From positions 13,928 to 77,927 of the forward strand of contig CAWJRC010000002.1 in assembly GCA_963845205.1 (NCBI GenBank): a DNA stretch of 64,000 nucleotides. The letters are read 5' to 3'. This document shows, piece after piece, positions 38,408-47,130 of this stretch. The position numbers and the translations under genes are program-made. The DNA is from an uncultured archaeon (GTDB taxonomy: Archaea; Nanobdellota; Nanobdellia; Pacearchaeales; GW2011-AR1). Numbering within the stretch: position 1 is the first letter of the stretch; each line of letters starts with the position of its first letter. The notes below the pieces were generated by a model. That model did no database searches. It saw only the letters and a program-made list of their open reading frames with translations, and had not been told where the DNA came from.

Positions 38408-39835
38408 ATGGAAAAAAAGGATAAAGTAATGTTAATGTATCCTAATTTTGACTGGACAGATTCAATGGCTAGAACAAAATGGCATATTCATCCATATAAT
38501 CTTGGACTTTTGGCGTCAATGATCAGAGACGAATATGATGTAAGCATAATTGATGCTGGAATGGAAAATTTTTCTAAAGATGAATTTGCAAAAATGATTA
38601 GAGAAACTAAACCCAATGTTTTAGGAATTTCAATATGCACTAATGAATACATTAACTCCGGGTTAATAGCGGCAGAAGTAGCAAAAGAAAATAATCCAGA
38701 AACGAAAATCTTTGCGGGGGGAGTAGGTGTTACAACAAATCCTAACTCATTGATGAAAAGTAATTATATTGACGGTGTAATTATAGGAGAAGGGGAACAT
38801 GTTTTTAAGGGACTTTGCGACTTTTTAAGAAAAGATGGCTCTTTTCCAGATAAGGGCGCATTATATAAAAAAGATAATAGAATAATTGGTTCTGAAAAAT
38901 TTGATTTTTTACAAGATCTAGATTCGCTTCCATTACCTGCTTATGATCTTGTTGATTTTATGGGATATGCAACAACAATTCAAAGAGAAAGTGTAGACAG
39001 GCCAAGAAAAATGCCTTATGCACGGACTATTACTTCAAGGGGATGTCCGTATAACTGCTGTTTCTGTGAAGTCGCTTCTATATCGGGGAGAAAAGTAAGA
39101 TTTAGGAGTTTGGAAAAGGTTACTGAAGAAATTGAATGGTTAATAAAAAATTACGGGATAAAAGCTCTTTCATTTGATGATGATAATTTAACAGTCAATA
39201 AAGACAGAGCAAAGAAATTGTTTAAAACAATGATTGAAAGAAAATATGATCTTAAATGGAATAATCCTTCAACTGCAATATTTACTCTTGATGACGAAAT
39301 GCTGGATTTAATGAAAGAAAGCGGATGTAGTTTTTTGGGGACTGCAATTGAAAGTGGAGTTCAGAGAGTATTAACAGATATTATTCATAAGCCATTAAAT
39401 TTAGAAGATGTTAAAGGAACAATGAAAAAGATAAAAGAAAGAGGAATAGACGTCTCTTCTAATTTTATTGTGGGATTCCCTGGAGAAACATGGGAAGAGA
39501 TAAGACAGACTTTTAGATATGCAGAAGAATTAGATCCAGATTATTGCAAATTTTTTATTGCTACTCCTCTTCCAAATACAGAGCTTTCCAGAATTGCAAA
39601 AGAAAAAAATATTTTTAAAAATGATTTCGATTTTAATAAACATCTTTGGACTGATGGACAGATAGATACTTCTGAATTTAGGCATCAGGATTTGAAGATT
39701 TTAAGAGCTTACGAATGGGACAGAATAAATTTCTCAAGCGAAAACAAAAGAAAAAAAATAGCGCAAATGATGGACATAAGTGAAGATAGATTAAATGAAA
39801 TTAGAAAAGAAACATTAAAAATTGCCAATCCATAA
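38408..39835 (+). CDS. class B (B12-binding domain) radical SAM enzyme
   Basis: VLGISICT..FAGGVGVT..IIGEGE, then TSRGCPYNCCFC. Confidence 0.85.
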   Translation: MEKKDKVMLMYPNFDWTDSMARTKWHIHPYNLGLLASMIRDEYDVSIIDAGMENFSKDEFAKMIRETKPNVLGISICTNEYINSGLIAAEVAKENNPETKIFAGGVGVTTNPNSLMKSNYIDGVIIGEGEHVFKGLCDFLRKDGSFPDKGALYKKDNRIIGSEKFDFLQDLDSLPLPAYDLVDFMGYATTIQRESVDRPRKMPYARTITSRGCPYNCCFCEVASISGRKVRFRSLEKVTEEIEWLIKNYGIKALSFDDDNLTVNKDRAKKLFKTMIERKYDLKWNNPSTAIFTLDDEMLDLMKESGCSFLGTAIESGVQRVLTDIIHKPLNLEDVKGTMKKIKERGIDVSSNFIVGFPGETWEEIRQTFRYAEELDPDYCKFFIATPLPNTELSRIAKEKNIFKNDFDFNKHLWTDGQIDTSEFRHQDLKILRAYEWDRINFSSENKRKKIAQMMDISEDRLNEIRKETLKIANP

Positions 39836-39837
39836 AA

Positions 39838-40797
39838 ATGAAAAACGAAAAGGTATTAATAATAAAAACGGGATACTCTGAAATTCTTGATGACAGGAAT
39901 AATTCAAGATGGGTTAGTTTGGGGGATGTATTAAGAACAACTCCCCTACTTAATCTTTACAAAGATAAATTAGTAACTTGGGTAAGTGATATTGAAGCTT
40001 TTCCTTTACTTGAAGGAAATCCATACATACACCGACTTCTACCTTATGATTTCACAACTGCGTTGCAATTAGAATCTGAAGAATTTGATACGGTCATAAA
40101 TCTGGAAAAAGTTCCAGGAATCTGCGCCCTTTCTGATAAAATAAAAGCAAGAAGGAGCAGATATGGATTTAGATTTAATAGTCAAACAGGGGAAGCAGAG
40201 GCATATGATAAAGCAATTGATATCTTAACAGTCAGCTCTGATCCAAAGGAGAAAAAAGAGAACAAAAGGACGATACAAGAGCTGCTTTTTGAGATGGTCG
40301 GAGAAAAATGGAACGGGGAAGAGTATATATTAGGATATAAACCAAAAAAAGGAACGAGATATGATATTGGACTTAATACTAAAACTGGCCAGAAATGGCC
40401 CACAAAAGCATGGTCTAATGAAAAGTGGAATTCTTTGGAAGAACGATTAAAAAAAGAAGGATTCAATGTTTCCAGACAAGATAAACAAAAAAAAGGAATT
40501 TTAACAGATATAAAAAAATATATTGACTGGCTTAATTCCTGTGATGTTATAGTCAGCAATGACAGTTTAGGATTACACTTGGGAATAGCGTTGAAAAAAA
40601 AAGTCATAGGCTTGTTCGGACCAACTCCTTACAAAGAAATTTTTTTTTATGGATTAGGAAAAGCTGTTTATCCCGAACCATCTCCAGAATGCATGCCCTG
40701 TTTTAAAGGAGAATGTGAAAGAGGAAAGAATTGCATGGAAGATATTCAAATAGAAAAAGTTTATGAAGAAATTATAAAACAAAAAAGCATTAAATAA
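39838..40797 (+). CDS. GT9 family glycosyltransferase (heptosyltransferase-like)
   Basis: KVLIIKTG..LGDVLRTTPLL N-domain and a CDVIVSNDSLGLHLGIALKKKVIGLFGPT C-domain, as in RfaC/RfaF-type enzymes. Confidence 0.75.
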   Translation: MKNEKVLIIKTGYSEILDDRNNSRWVSLGDVLRTTPLLNLYKDKLVTWVSDIEAFPLLEGNPYIHRLLPYDFTTALQLESEEFDTVINLEKVPGICALSDKIKARRSRYGFRFNSQTGEAEAYDKAIDILTVSSDPKEKKENKRTIQELLFEMVGEKWNGEEYILGYKPKKGTRYDIGLNTKTGQKWPTKAWSNEKWNSLEERLKKEGFNVSRQDKQKKGILTDIKKYIDWLNSCDVIVSNDSLGLHLGIALKKKVIGLFGPTPYKEIFFYGLGKAVYPEPSPECMPCFKGECERGKNCMEDIQIEKVYEEIIKQKSIK

Positions 40798-40838
40798 AAA
40801 GTTAGTAGAAGAGAGATAGGATTTTTAAGTATCTTTGT

Positions 40839-40858
40839 TACATAAATCTTTTTAAATA
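40839..40858 (+). promoter_or_regulatory. TACATAAAT element plus TATA box ~24 nt upstream of the ATG at 40878
   Basis: See 27990-28009. Confidence 0.45.
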
Positions 40859-40877
40859 GGTCCTTTTATGTTTGAAT

Positions 40878-41933
40878 ATGAACGGAACAGAGATAGATAA
40901 TCACAAATTGATGTATCATCCAAAAAGAGTTGAAGAATGGCTGGAAAAAAAAGATTGTTATCCAGTTTATGTTGAAATTGGCCCTACAAACAGATGCAAC
41001 CACCAATGTATTTTCTGTGCATTAGACTGGATTAAACATGGAACCCATGATATTGAAAAAAATGTGATGCTTTCCTCATTAAAGGATATGTCAGAACACG
41101 GAGTAAAATCAGTAATGTTTGCGGGAGACGGAGAACCATTGTTGCATAAGGATATAAATGAATTCGTAAGCAAATCTAAACAGTATGGATTAGATGTTTC
41201 TGTCACAACTAATGGTGTTCTTTTCACTGAAAAAAAAATAGAGGAATGTCTTCCTTGCCTTTCATGGATAAGGTTCAGTGTAGATGCAGGAAGTCCTGAA
41301 AAATATTCTTTAATACACAAAACAAATCCCGCAGACTTTAATCGGGTAATAACAAATATAGAAAACGCAGTCAATTTCAAGAAGTCAAACAAATTGGAAA
41401 CTACAATCGGAATTCAATTTTTAATGATACCCCAAAATGTTCCTGAACTAGAAAAACTTGTTCATATTTCAAAAGATATTGGCGCCGATAATTTGCAGAT
41501 AAAACCTTATTCACATCATCCCGGAAGTTCAAATGATTTAGTTATTGATACAAAAGAGTATAACAAATTTGAAAAGCAGCTAAAAGATTTAGGCTCAAAA
41601 GATTTTGAAATTTTATTCAGGAAAAAAACTATTGAAAGGATGGAAGAAGGAATAAATTATCCAAAATGTTACGGGCTTCCTTTTTTTGCGCTGATAGATG
41701 CAAGGGCGAATGTGATTCCATGCAATTTATTTTATAATAATGATGAATTTGTATATGGTAATTTATATGATCAAACTTTCAGTGAAATTTGGGAAGGAGA
41801 AAAAAGGAAAGGAGTTTTAAAAAAAATAGAAGAAAGGGGAATTTCAGAATGTAGAGAAGGCTGCAGACTTGATCCTATAAATAGATATCTCCACAGACTA
41901 GAAAATCCCCACCCCCATGACAATTTTATATAA
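40878..41933 (+). CDS. radical SAM enzyme (paralog of 43085..44200)
   Basis: GPTNRCNHQCIFC cluster and GDGEPLL. N-terminal HKLMYHPKRVEEW and C-terminal HDNFI are shared with the paralog. Confidence 0.8.
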   Translation: MNGTEIDNHKLMYHPKRVEEWLEKKDCYPVYVEIGPTNRCNHQCIFCALDWIKHGTHDIEKNVMLSSLKDMSEHGVKSVMFAGDGEPLLHKDINEFVSKSKQYGLDVSVTTNGVLFTEKKIEECLPCLSWIRFSVDAGSPEKYSLIHKTNPADFNRVITNIENAVNFKKSNKLETTIGIQFLMIPQNVPELEKLVHISKDIGADNLQIKPYSHHPGSSNDLVIDTKEYNKFEKQLKDLGSKDFEILFRKKTIERMEEGINYPKCYGLPFFALIDARANVIPCNLFYNNDEFVYGNLYDQTFSEIWEGEKRKGVLKKIEERGISECREGCRLDPINRYLHRLENPHPHDNFI

Positions 41934-41934
41934 A

Positions 41935-42564
41935 ATGGAAACAAAAAAATCAAAAGAAGAATTAATTGAATTTGAAAGCAGAATTGCAAAGTTATGGGAA
42001 GCTGCAAAAATACCTTATCCGGTTCATCTATGTGGGGGTAATGAAGAACAACTTATTGAAATTTTCAAAGACGTTAAGGAAGGAGATTATATCTTATCAA
42101 CACACCGTTCGCATTATCATTACCTTCTTGCAGGAGGAAATGAAGAAAATTTAGAGAAGATGATACTTGAAGGAAACAGTATGCATGTTTTTGATAAAAA
42201 ATTAAATTTTCTCACCTCTGCCATCGTTGCTGGAGTTCCCACAATAGCTGCAGGAATTGCCCTTGCATTAAAAAGAAAGGAAAGTGATAGGAAAGTGTGG
42301 TGTTTTGTTGGAGACGGCGCAGAGGATGAAGGACATTTTTATGAAGCAGTAAGATATGTCGACGGATTTGATTTGCCCTGCACATTTATTATAGAAGATA
42401 ATAATCGTTCTGTTGAGACCCCAAAAGCTGAGAGATATGGAAAATCTGAAATGATTTGGCCAAAATGCGTGAGAAGATATAATTATATTCCAAAATATCC
42501 CCATTCTGGGACAGGAAGTTTTGTAGATTTCAATGGAAAAAAGGCAGGAGGAAATAGTTTTTAA
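41935..42564 (+). CDS. TPP-dependent dehydrogenase E1 alpha-like subunit, short form (~209 aa)
   Basis: STHRSHYHYLLAGG plus a GDGAEDEG-x-IIEDNN thiamine-diphosphate motif. An alternative ATG at 41917 overlaps the upstream gene. Confidence 0.7.
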   Translation: METKKSKEELIEFESRIAKLWEAAKIPYPVHLCGGNEEQLIEIFKDVKEGDYILSTHRSHYHYLLAGGNEENLEKMILEGNSMHVFDKKLNFLTSAIVAGVPTIAAGIALALKRKESDRKVWCFVGDGAEDEGHFYEAVRYVDGFDLPCTFIIEDNNRSVETPKAERYGKSEMIWPKCVRRYNYIPKYPHSGTGSFVDFNGKKAGGNSF

Positions 42565-43088
42565 TGAAATACAAAGATGCTATTAAGCTGTCAATGGAAT
42601 ATCTTGCCAAAGATGAAAAAACTATTTTTATTGGATATAATGTAGGCTTCGGATCTCAAGGATACGGAACATTAAAAGGTATCCCAAAAGAGAAGAAAAT
42701 TGAAACTCCTTTAGCAGAAAATTTGATGATGGGGCTTGCTATGGGAATGGCTCTTGAAGGATATAGGCCAATAGTTTTTTTTGAGAGACATGATTTTATG
42801 TTAAATGCGTCTGACGGCATTGTTAATCATTTAAGTAAATTAGAAAAGATGTCAAAGGGGCAATTTAATCTTCCAGTTATTATAAGAGCAGTTATAGGCT
42901 CAAAAAGTCCTCTTTATCCCGGAGTTCAGCACATTCAAGATTTTACTGAAGCTTTTGAAAAGATGATAAATTTTCCAATTTACAGACCTGCAAATTCCGC
43001 AGAAATTGAAAAAATTTATAAAGAAGTAAAGGGGTTAAAAAAACCTGTAATGATAATAGAAGAAAAAGATTTATATGAACAAGAATGA
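42564..43088 (+). CDS. E1 beta-like (pyrimidine-binding domain only) subunit, short form (174 aa)
   Basis: KIETPLAENLMMGLAMGMALEGYRPIVFFERHDFMLNASDGIVNH matches the E1 beta / transketolase Pyr domain. No C-terminal domain. Overlapping start and stop codons on both sides. Confidence 0.7.
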   Translation: MKYKDAIKLSMEYLAKDEKTIFIGYNVGFGSQGYGTLKGIPKEKKIETPLAENLMMGLAMGMALEGYRPIVFFERHDFMLNASDGIVNHLSKLEKMSKGQFNLPVIIRAVIGSKSPLYPGVQHIQDFTEAFEKMINFPIYRPANSAEIEKIYKEVKGLKKPVMIIEEKDLYEQE

Positions 43089-44200
43089 CAAATGAATTAA
43101 TACTTGACGGACATAAACTTCTTTGGCATAAGGAAAGAGTTGAAGCTTGGCTTAGGGGGGAGAGAATCGCTCCTATAACCATAGACTGCGCTCTTACCAG
43201 AAGATGCAATTACAATTGTGTTTATTGTTATGGAAAATTACAGGCAAATGATGAAAAAAAGATGACAAAGGAGGTTATCTTCAGACTTCTTGATGACGCT
43301 GCAGAAATTGGAGTAAAGGGAATAAGCTTTGTAAGTGACGGAGAAAGTACGTGCTCTCCTTATTTGTACGAGGCAGTTGATCATGGAAAAAAGAACGGGC
43401 TTGATCTTGCTTTAGCAACAAATGGTTCATTGTTAAAAAAAGAAAATTTGGAAGGAATGTTAAAAGATCTTACATATATAAGATTTAATTTCTCAGCCGG
43501 AGAATCAAAAAGATACTCAGAAATTATGGGATGCAAAGAAGAGAATTTTTACAAGGTTATTGATACAATAAAAGAGAGCGTAAAAATAAAAAAAGAAAAA
43601 GGTTTGGATGTGACAATAGGTATGCAGATGGTACTGATGCCGCAATTTAAAGATCAGATTGTTCCTTTAGCAGAATTGGGTAAAAGATTAGGAGTGGATT
43701 ATCTAGTAATAAAACATTGCAGTGATGATGAAGAAGGCAAATTAGGAGTTAACTATGAAGGATATTTTCAGCCAGACTTAATTGAAAAAATAAAGATTGC
43801 AGAATCATTATCCGAACCAGACAAATATCTTGTAAAAGCCAAATGGTCAAAAATATTAAGCGGAGGAAAAAGAAAATATTCACAATGTTATGGCCCTCCT
43901 TTTATAATACAACTTTCAGGATCAGGATTAGTCGCACCTTGCGGAATGTTATTTAATGACCAATATAAAAAATTTCATATCGGAAATATAGCAGAAACTT
44001 CTTTTAAAGAGATATGGAAAAGTGATAAATATTGGGAAGTCATGGATTATATAGCTTCAGATAAATTTGACGCAAAGAAAGATTGCGGAACTTTATGCCT
44101 GCAGCATAAGGTCAATGAATTTTTATGGGACTTAAAAAACGGCGATGTTAGGTTGGAAAAATTAAATGGAGTTCCTCCACAACATATTAATTTTATTTAA
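43085..44200 (+). CDS. radical SAM enzyme (paralog of 40878..41933)
   Basis: ALTRRCNYNCVYC cluster, SDGEST, a C-terminal Cys-containing auxiliary-like region, and a QHINFI ending. Confidence 0.8.
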   Translation: MTNELILDGHKLLWHKERVEAWLRGERIAPITIDCALTRRCNYNCVYCYGKLQANDEKKMTKEVIFRLLDDAAEIGVKGISFVSDGESTCSPYLYEAVDHGKKNGLDLALATNGSLLKKENLEGMLKDLTYIRFNFSAGESKRYSEIMGCKEENFYKVIDTIKESVKIKKEKGLDVTIGMQMVLMPQFKDQIVPLAELGKRLGVDYLVIKHCSDDEEGKLGVNYEGYFQPDLIEKIKIAESLSEPDKYLVKAKWSKILSGGKRKYSQCYGPPFIIQLSGSGLVAPCGMLFNDQYKKFHIGNIAETSFKEIWKSDKYWEVMDYIASDKFDAKKDCGTLCLQHKVNEFLWDLKNGDVRLEKLNGVPPQHINFI

Positions 44201-44201
44201 A

Positions 44202-44624
44202 ATGAAAGTTAAAGAGGCATCAAAGATTATAATACTAAACGAAGAAAAAGAAATTCTGTTACAATTACGAGATGAAAAAAAAGATATCCCTTTCCCAGGA
44301 TATTGGGATTTTTTTGGTGGAAAAATCGAAAGAGGCGAAAACCCTCTTGAAACGATAAAGAGAGAAGCATATGAAGAAATTAATGTTGTACCCAGGAATA
44401 TAATCTTTTTAGGAAAAATTTATGTCCCAAAAAATAATCTTTCTCAAGAAAGCTGCAATAATTTCATGTTTAGAGGATATATCAATCAAACAGCTGAAAA
44501 TATAGATTTTTCCGAAGGACAGGGGGTTAGATACTTTGGGTTAAAGGAACTTAAAGGAATAAAATTTGTACATTTTTGGCTTGATTTTATAATAGAAAAT
44601 AAAGAGAAGATTTTTGGAGATTAA
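44202..44624 (+). CDS. Nudix hydrolase
   Basis: Nudix box GGKIERGENPLETIKREAYEEINV. ATG at 44202 immediately follows the upstream stop. Confidence 0.85.
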   Translation: MKVKEASKIIILNEEKEILLQLRDEKKDIPFPGYWDFFGGKIERGENPLETIKREAYEEINVVPRNIIFLGKIYVPKNNLSQESCNNFMFRGYINQTAENIDFSEGQGVRYFGLKELKGIKFVHFWLDFIIENKEKIFGD

Positions 44625-45521
44625 ATGAAACCTATTAAAATTAATCCAACATGCGAATATATTTCAGCATTTTTGACAATGAGATGCAACCTAAACTGCA
44701 GCTTTTGCCTTAATAGATTAAACAATTCAATCAATCGAAGCGGATTTAAGGAAATATCAGGAGAAGAATGGGTTAATGCACTTAACAGAATAGAATCAAG
44801 AAAAGATCTGCCGATAACATTCAGCGGAGGAGAACCTTTCCTTCATAATGACTTTATTTATATAATCAATAATTTAAAGCCAGAATTAAACATTGATATC
44901 TTGACTAATCTTTATCCTAATTCATTAGCACATAAAAACCGGCTTGAAAAATTTTTGAATGAAGTAAATCCTGAAAGAATTAAGAGAAAATCTCCTTATG
45001 CTTCAATTAGAGTTTCATATCATCCTGAACAGATGGAGGCAGAGGTTCTTATTGATAGTGTTAAAAAATTTAAGGAAAAGGGGTTTAGTATAGGGATATG
45101 GTCTGTTCTTTATCCAAGCCCAGAACAATTATCTGCAATAAATCAAATGCAGTTCAGATGCAGAGATGCAGGAATCGATTTTAGGCTTAAGGAATTTACC
45201 GGAGACTTTAACGGAACTCTTTATGGAGATTATTCAAAATACCCCAATTCTGTCCTGCAAAAAGAAACTAAAAAATGTTTATGCAAAACAGCGGAATTGT
45301 TAATAGGCCCAAATGCAGATGTTTACAAATGCCATAGAGATCTGTATGCTACAGAATTTCCCTTGGGGAATATTTCCAACCCAGAATTCCAAACAGAAAA
45401 TATTTTCAGAGAATGCTATAAATTTGGACAATGCCATCCATGCGACGTTAAAGTCAAAACAAATTACAAACAGCAACTTGGGCATACAAGTGTTGAAATA
45501 AAAGATATAGATAAAGATTAA
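44625..45521 (+). CDS. radical SAM enzyme (small, 298 aa)
   Basis: LTMRCNLNCSFC cluster and FSGGEPFLH. Confidence 0.8.
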   Translation: MKPIKINPTCEYISAFLTMRCNLNCSFCLNRLNNSINRSGFKEISGEEWVNALNRIESRKDLPITFSGGEPFLHNDFIYIINNLKPELNIDILTNLYPNSLAHKNRLEKFLNEVNPERIKRKSPYASIRVSYHPEQMEAEVLIDSVKKFKEKGFSIGIWSVLYPSPEQLSAINQMQFRCRDAGIDFRLKEFTGDFNGTLYGDYSKYPNSVLQKETKKCLCKTAELLIGPNADVYKCHRDLYATEFPLGNISNPEFQTENIFRECYKFGQCHPCDVKVKTNYKQQLGHTSVEIKDIDKD

Positions 45522-47074
45522 ATTTCCTTAATTTCTTCTATGGGTTTCTTTCTGGAAAAATTAAATATTTTTTTTAAAATGAACAAATCATTTTTATCTA
45601 AACCCTTTGATAAGAGAATTGTAAGGATATAAATCAAAAAGAAGAAGATTCCAAGAAAGATCATACTTAATGTATTTATTTCAACCAATGCTCTCAAAGC
45701 TAATAATAATAAAAGGGGTATAATTGAAACCAAAAGAATTGTTATCATCTTTTTTCTTAAAGGAACAAAATGCAGATAATGCTTTATTTCAAATAATAGG
45801 AAAACACATAAAATAACCCAGACTATTGTAGTTGCCCATGCAGCGCCGTCAATTCCGTATTTCTTGATAAGTATCACATTTAATATTATGTTTAACATCA
45901 AAGTTAGAATCGTATTTATCAAAACTATTTTTGATTTTCCTACAATATAAATTAAATCACTAAATAAAAGAGTGAATGACGAAAAAAATCCTCCGACTGC
46001 CAGGATCTTTAATGCAGACTGAGCAGACAGATATTCTTGGCCGAAGAAAAAGTTAATAATTGCTCCAGGAAATAAGAAGATTATTACAAAGATAGGTACT
46101 ATTAAGATGAATACCCACTTCCCTACTTGTTTAGTAATTTCAGTAAGTGCAAGATTTTTTTTCTGAGAAAAATATCTTGTTATTAACGGGAAAAAAAGTT
46201 GTTCAAACATTGAAGGTATAATTGCTATAATGCCAACAATAGGAGTTGCTACATTGTAGAATCCAACAGCAGTAGGATTCATGAAAAAACCTATTAAAAG
46301 AGAATCTGTCCAATAGTAAATATTATTTATCAGACTAAGAAAGATGATGGGCAAGGAATAAATAAAAATTTCTTTTAATATTTTAGATTTTTGTTTTTTA
46401 TTTAATGAATGACTTCCGAAAAGGAATGGAAGGCTGTATTTGCATACTATATAAGAGATTACAAGCATTGACAAAAGGCCGAAAGTGTATGAGAAGGTTA
46501 TTGAATTTTCTCCGATTCCTATAAAGATCAAAACTCCTAACATCAATAATTTTGTAAGACTCTGAACTACATTTGATATAAAAGAATACCAACCTATCTT
46601 TTCATAAGACCTTATAACAATTAAGAAAGCACTTGAAAGGAGAGTTAATGGAATACATATGCTCAAAATTTGAAGGAAAATTGTCATTTTTCCTGTATGA
46701 AAAAGATTAATTGAAATAAATGGGGCTAAAAGGAAAAGAGCAACTGCTGAAACAATACCGGAAATAGAAAGAATTATTACAGTTCTTTTTATGAGATATC
46801 TTATTTTATTGATCTGTTTTTTTCCTCGATAAAAAGGAATGAATCTTAATAGTCCGTCAATTAATCCAAAAGATGAAATTGAGACAAAAATTCCCAAAAC
46901 AATCAAAGATAAAGAAAAAATCCCGTATATTTCTGGCCCAAATTGTCTTGCTATTACTACCCTGTAAATATAATTAAACAAGTTAGATAAGATTATCACA
47001 ACAAAAACAAAAATAGAAGATTTTGCAATTGTTTCCAGCCCTGTGTTAGTTTCGTTATCTGAAGTAGATTTCAT
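45518..47074 (-). CDS. Wzx-like oligosaccharide flippase (MOP superfamily)
   Basis: 518 aa, ~14 TM, the typical polysaccharide-biosynthesis-protein layout. Sits at the island border. Confidence 0.7.
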   Translation of the reverse strand: MKSTSDNETNTGLETIAKSSIFVFVVIILSNLFNYIYRVVIARQFGPEIYGIFSLSLIVLGIFVSISSFGLIDGLLRFIPFYRGKKQINKIRYLIKRTVIILSISGIVSAVALFLLAPFISINLFHTGKMTIFLQILSICIPLTLLSSAFLIVIRSYEKIGWYSFISNVVQSLTKLLMLGVLIFIGIGENSITFSYTFGLLSMLVISYIVCKYSLPFLFGSHSLNKKQKSKILKEIFIYSLPIIFLSLINNIYYWTDSLLIGFFMNPTAVGFYNVATPIVGIIAIIPSMFEQLFFPLITRYFSQKKNLALTEITKQVGKWVFILIVPIFVIIFLFPGAIINFFFGQEYLSAQSALKILAVGGFFSSFTLLFSDLIYIVGKSKIVLINTILTLMLNIILNVILIKKYGIDGAAWATTIVWVILCVFLLFEIKHYLHFVPLRKKMITILLVSIIPLLLLLALRALVEINTLSMIFLGIFFFLIYILTILLSKGLDKNDLFILKKIFNFSRKKPIEEIKEI

Positions 47075-47130
47075 ACAAAAACGAGAAATCCTCCATTTTT
47101 ATTCCTTATGTAAGAGTTGTATATAAAAAA

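Noticed and set aside
41917-41934. Upstream ATG at 41917 as the start of the E1 alpha-like gene.
   Set aside because: It would overlap the preceding radical-SAM gene by 17 nt. The ATG at 41935 begins 2 nt after that gene's stop, matching the spacing seen elsewhere. This remains uncertain.
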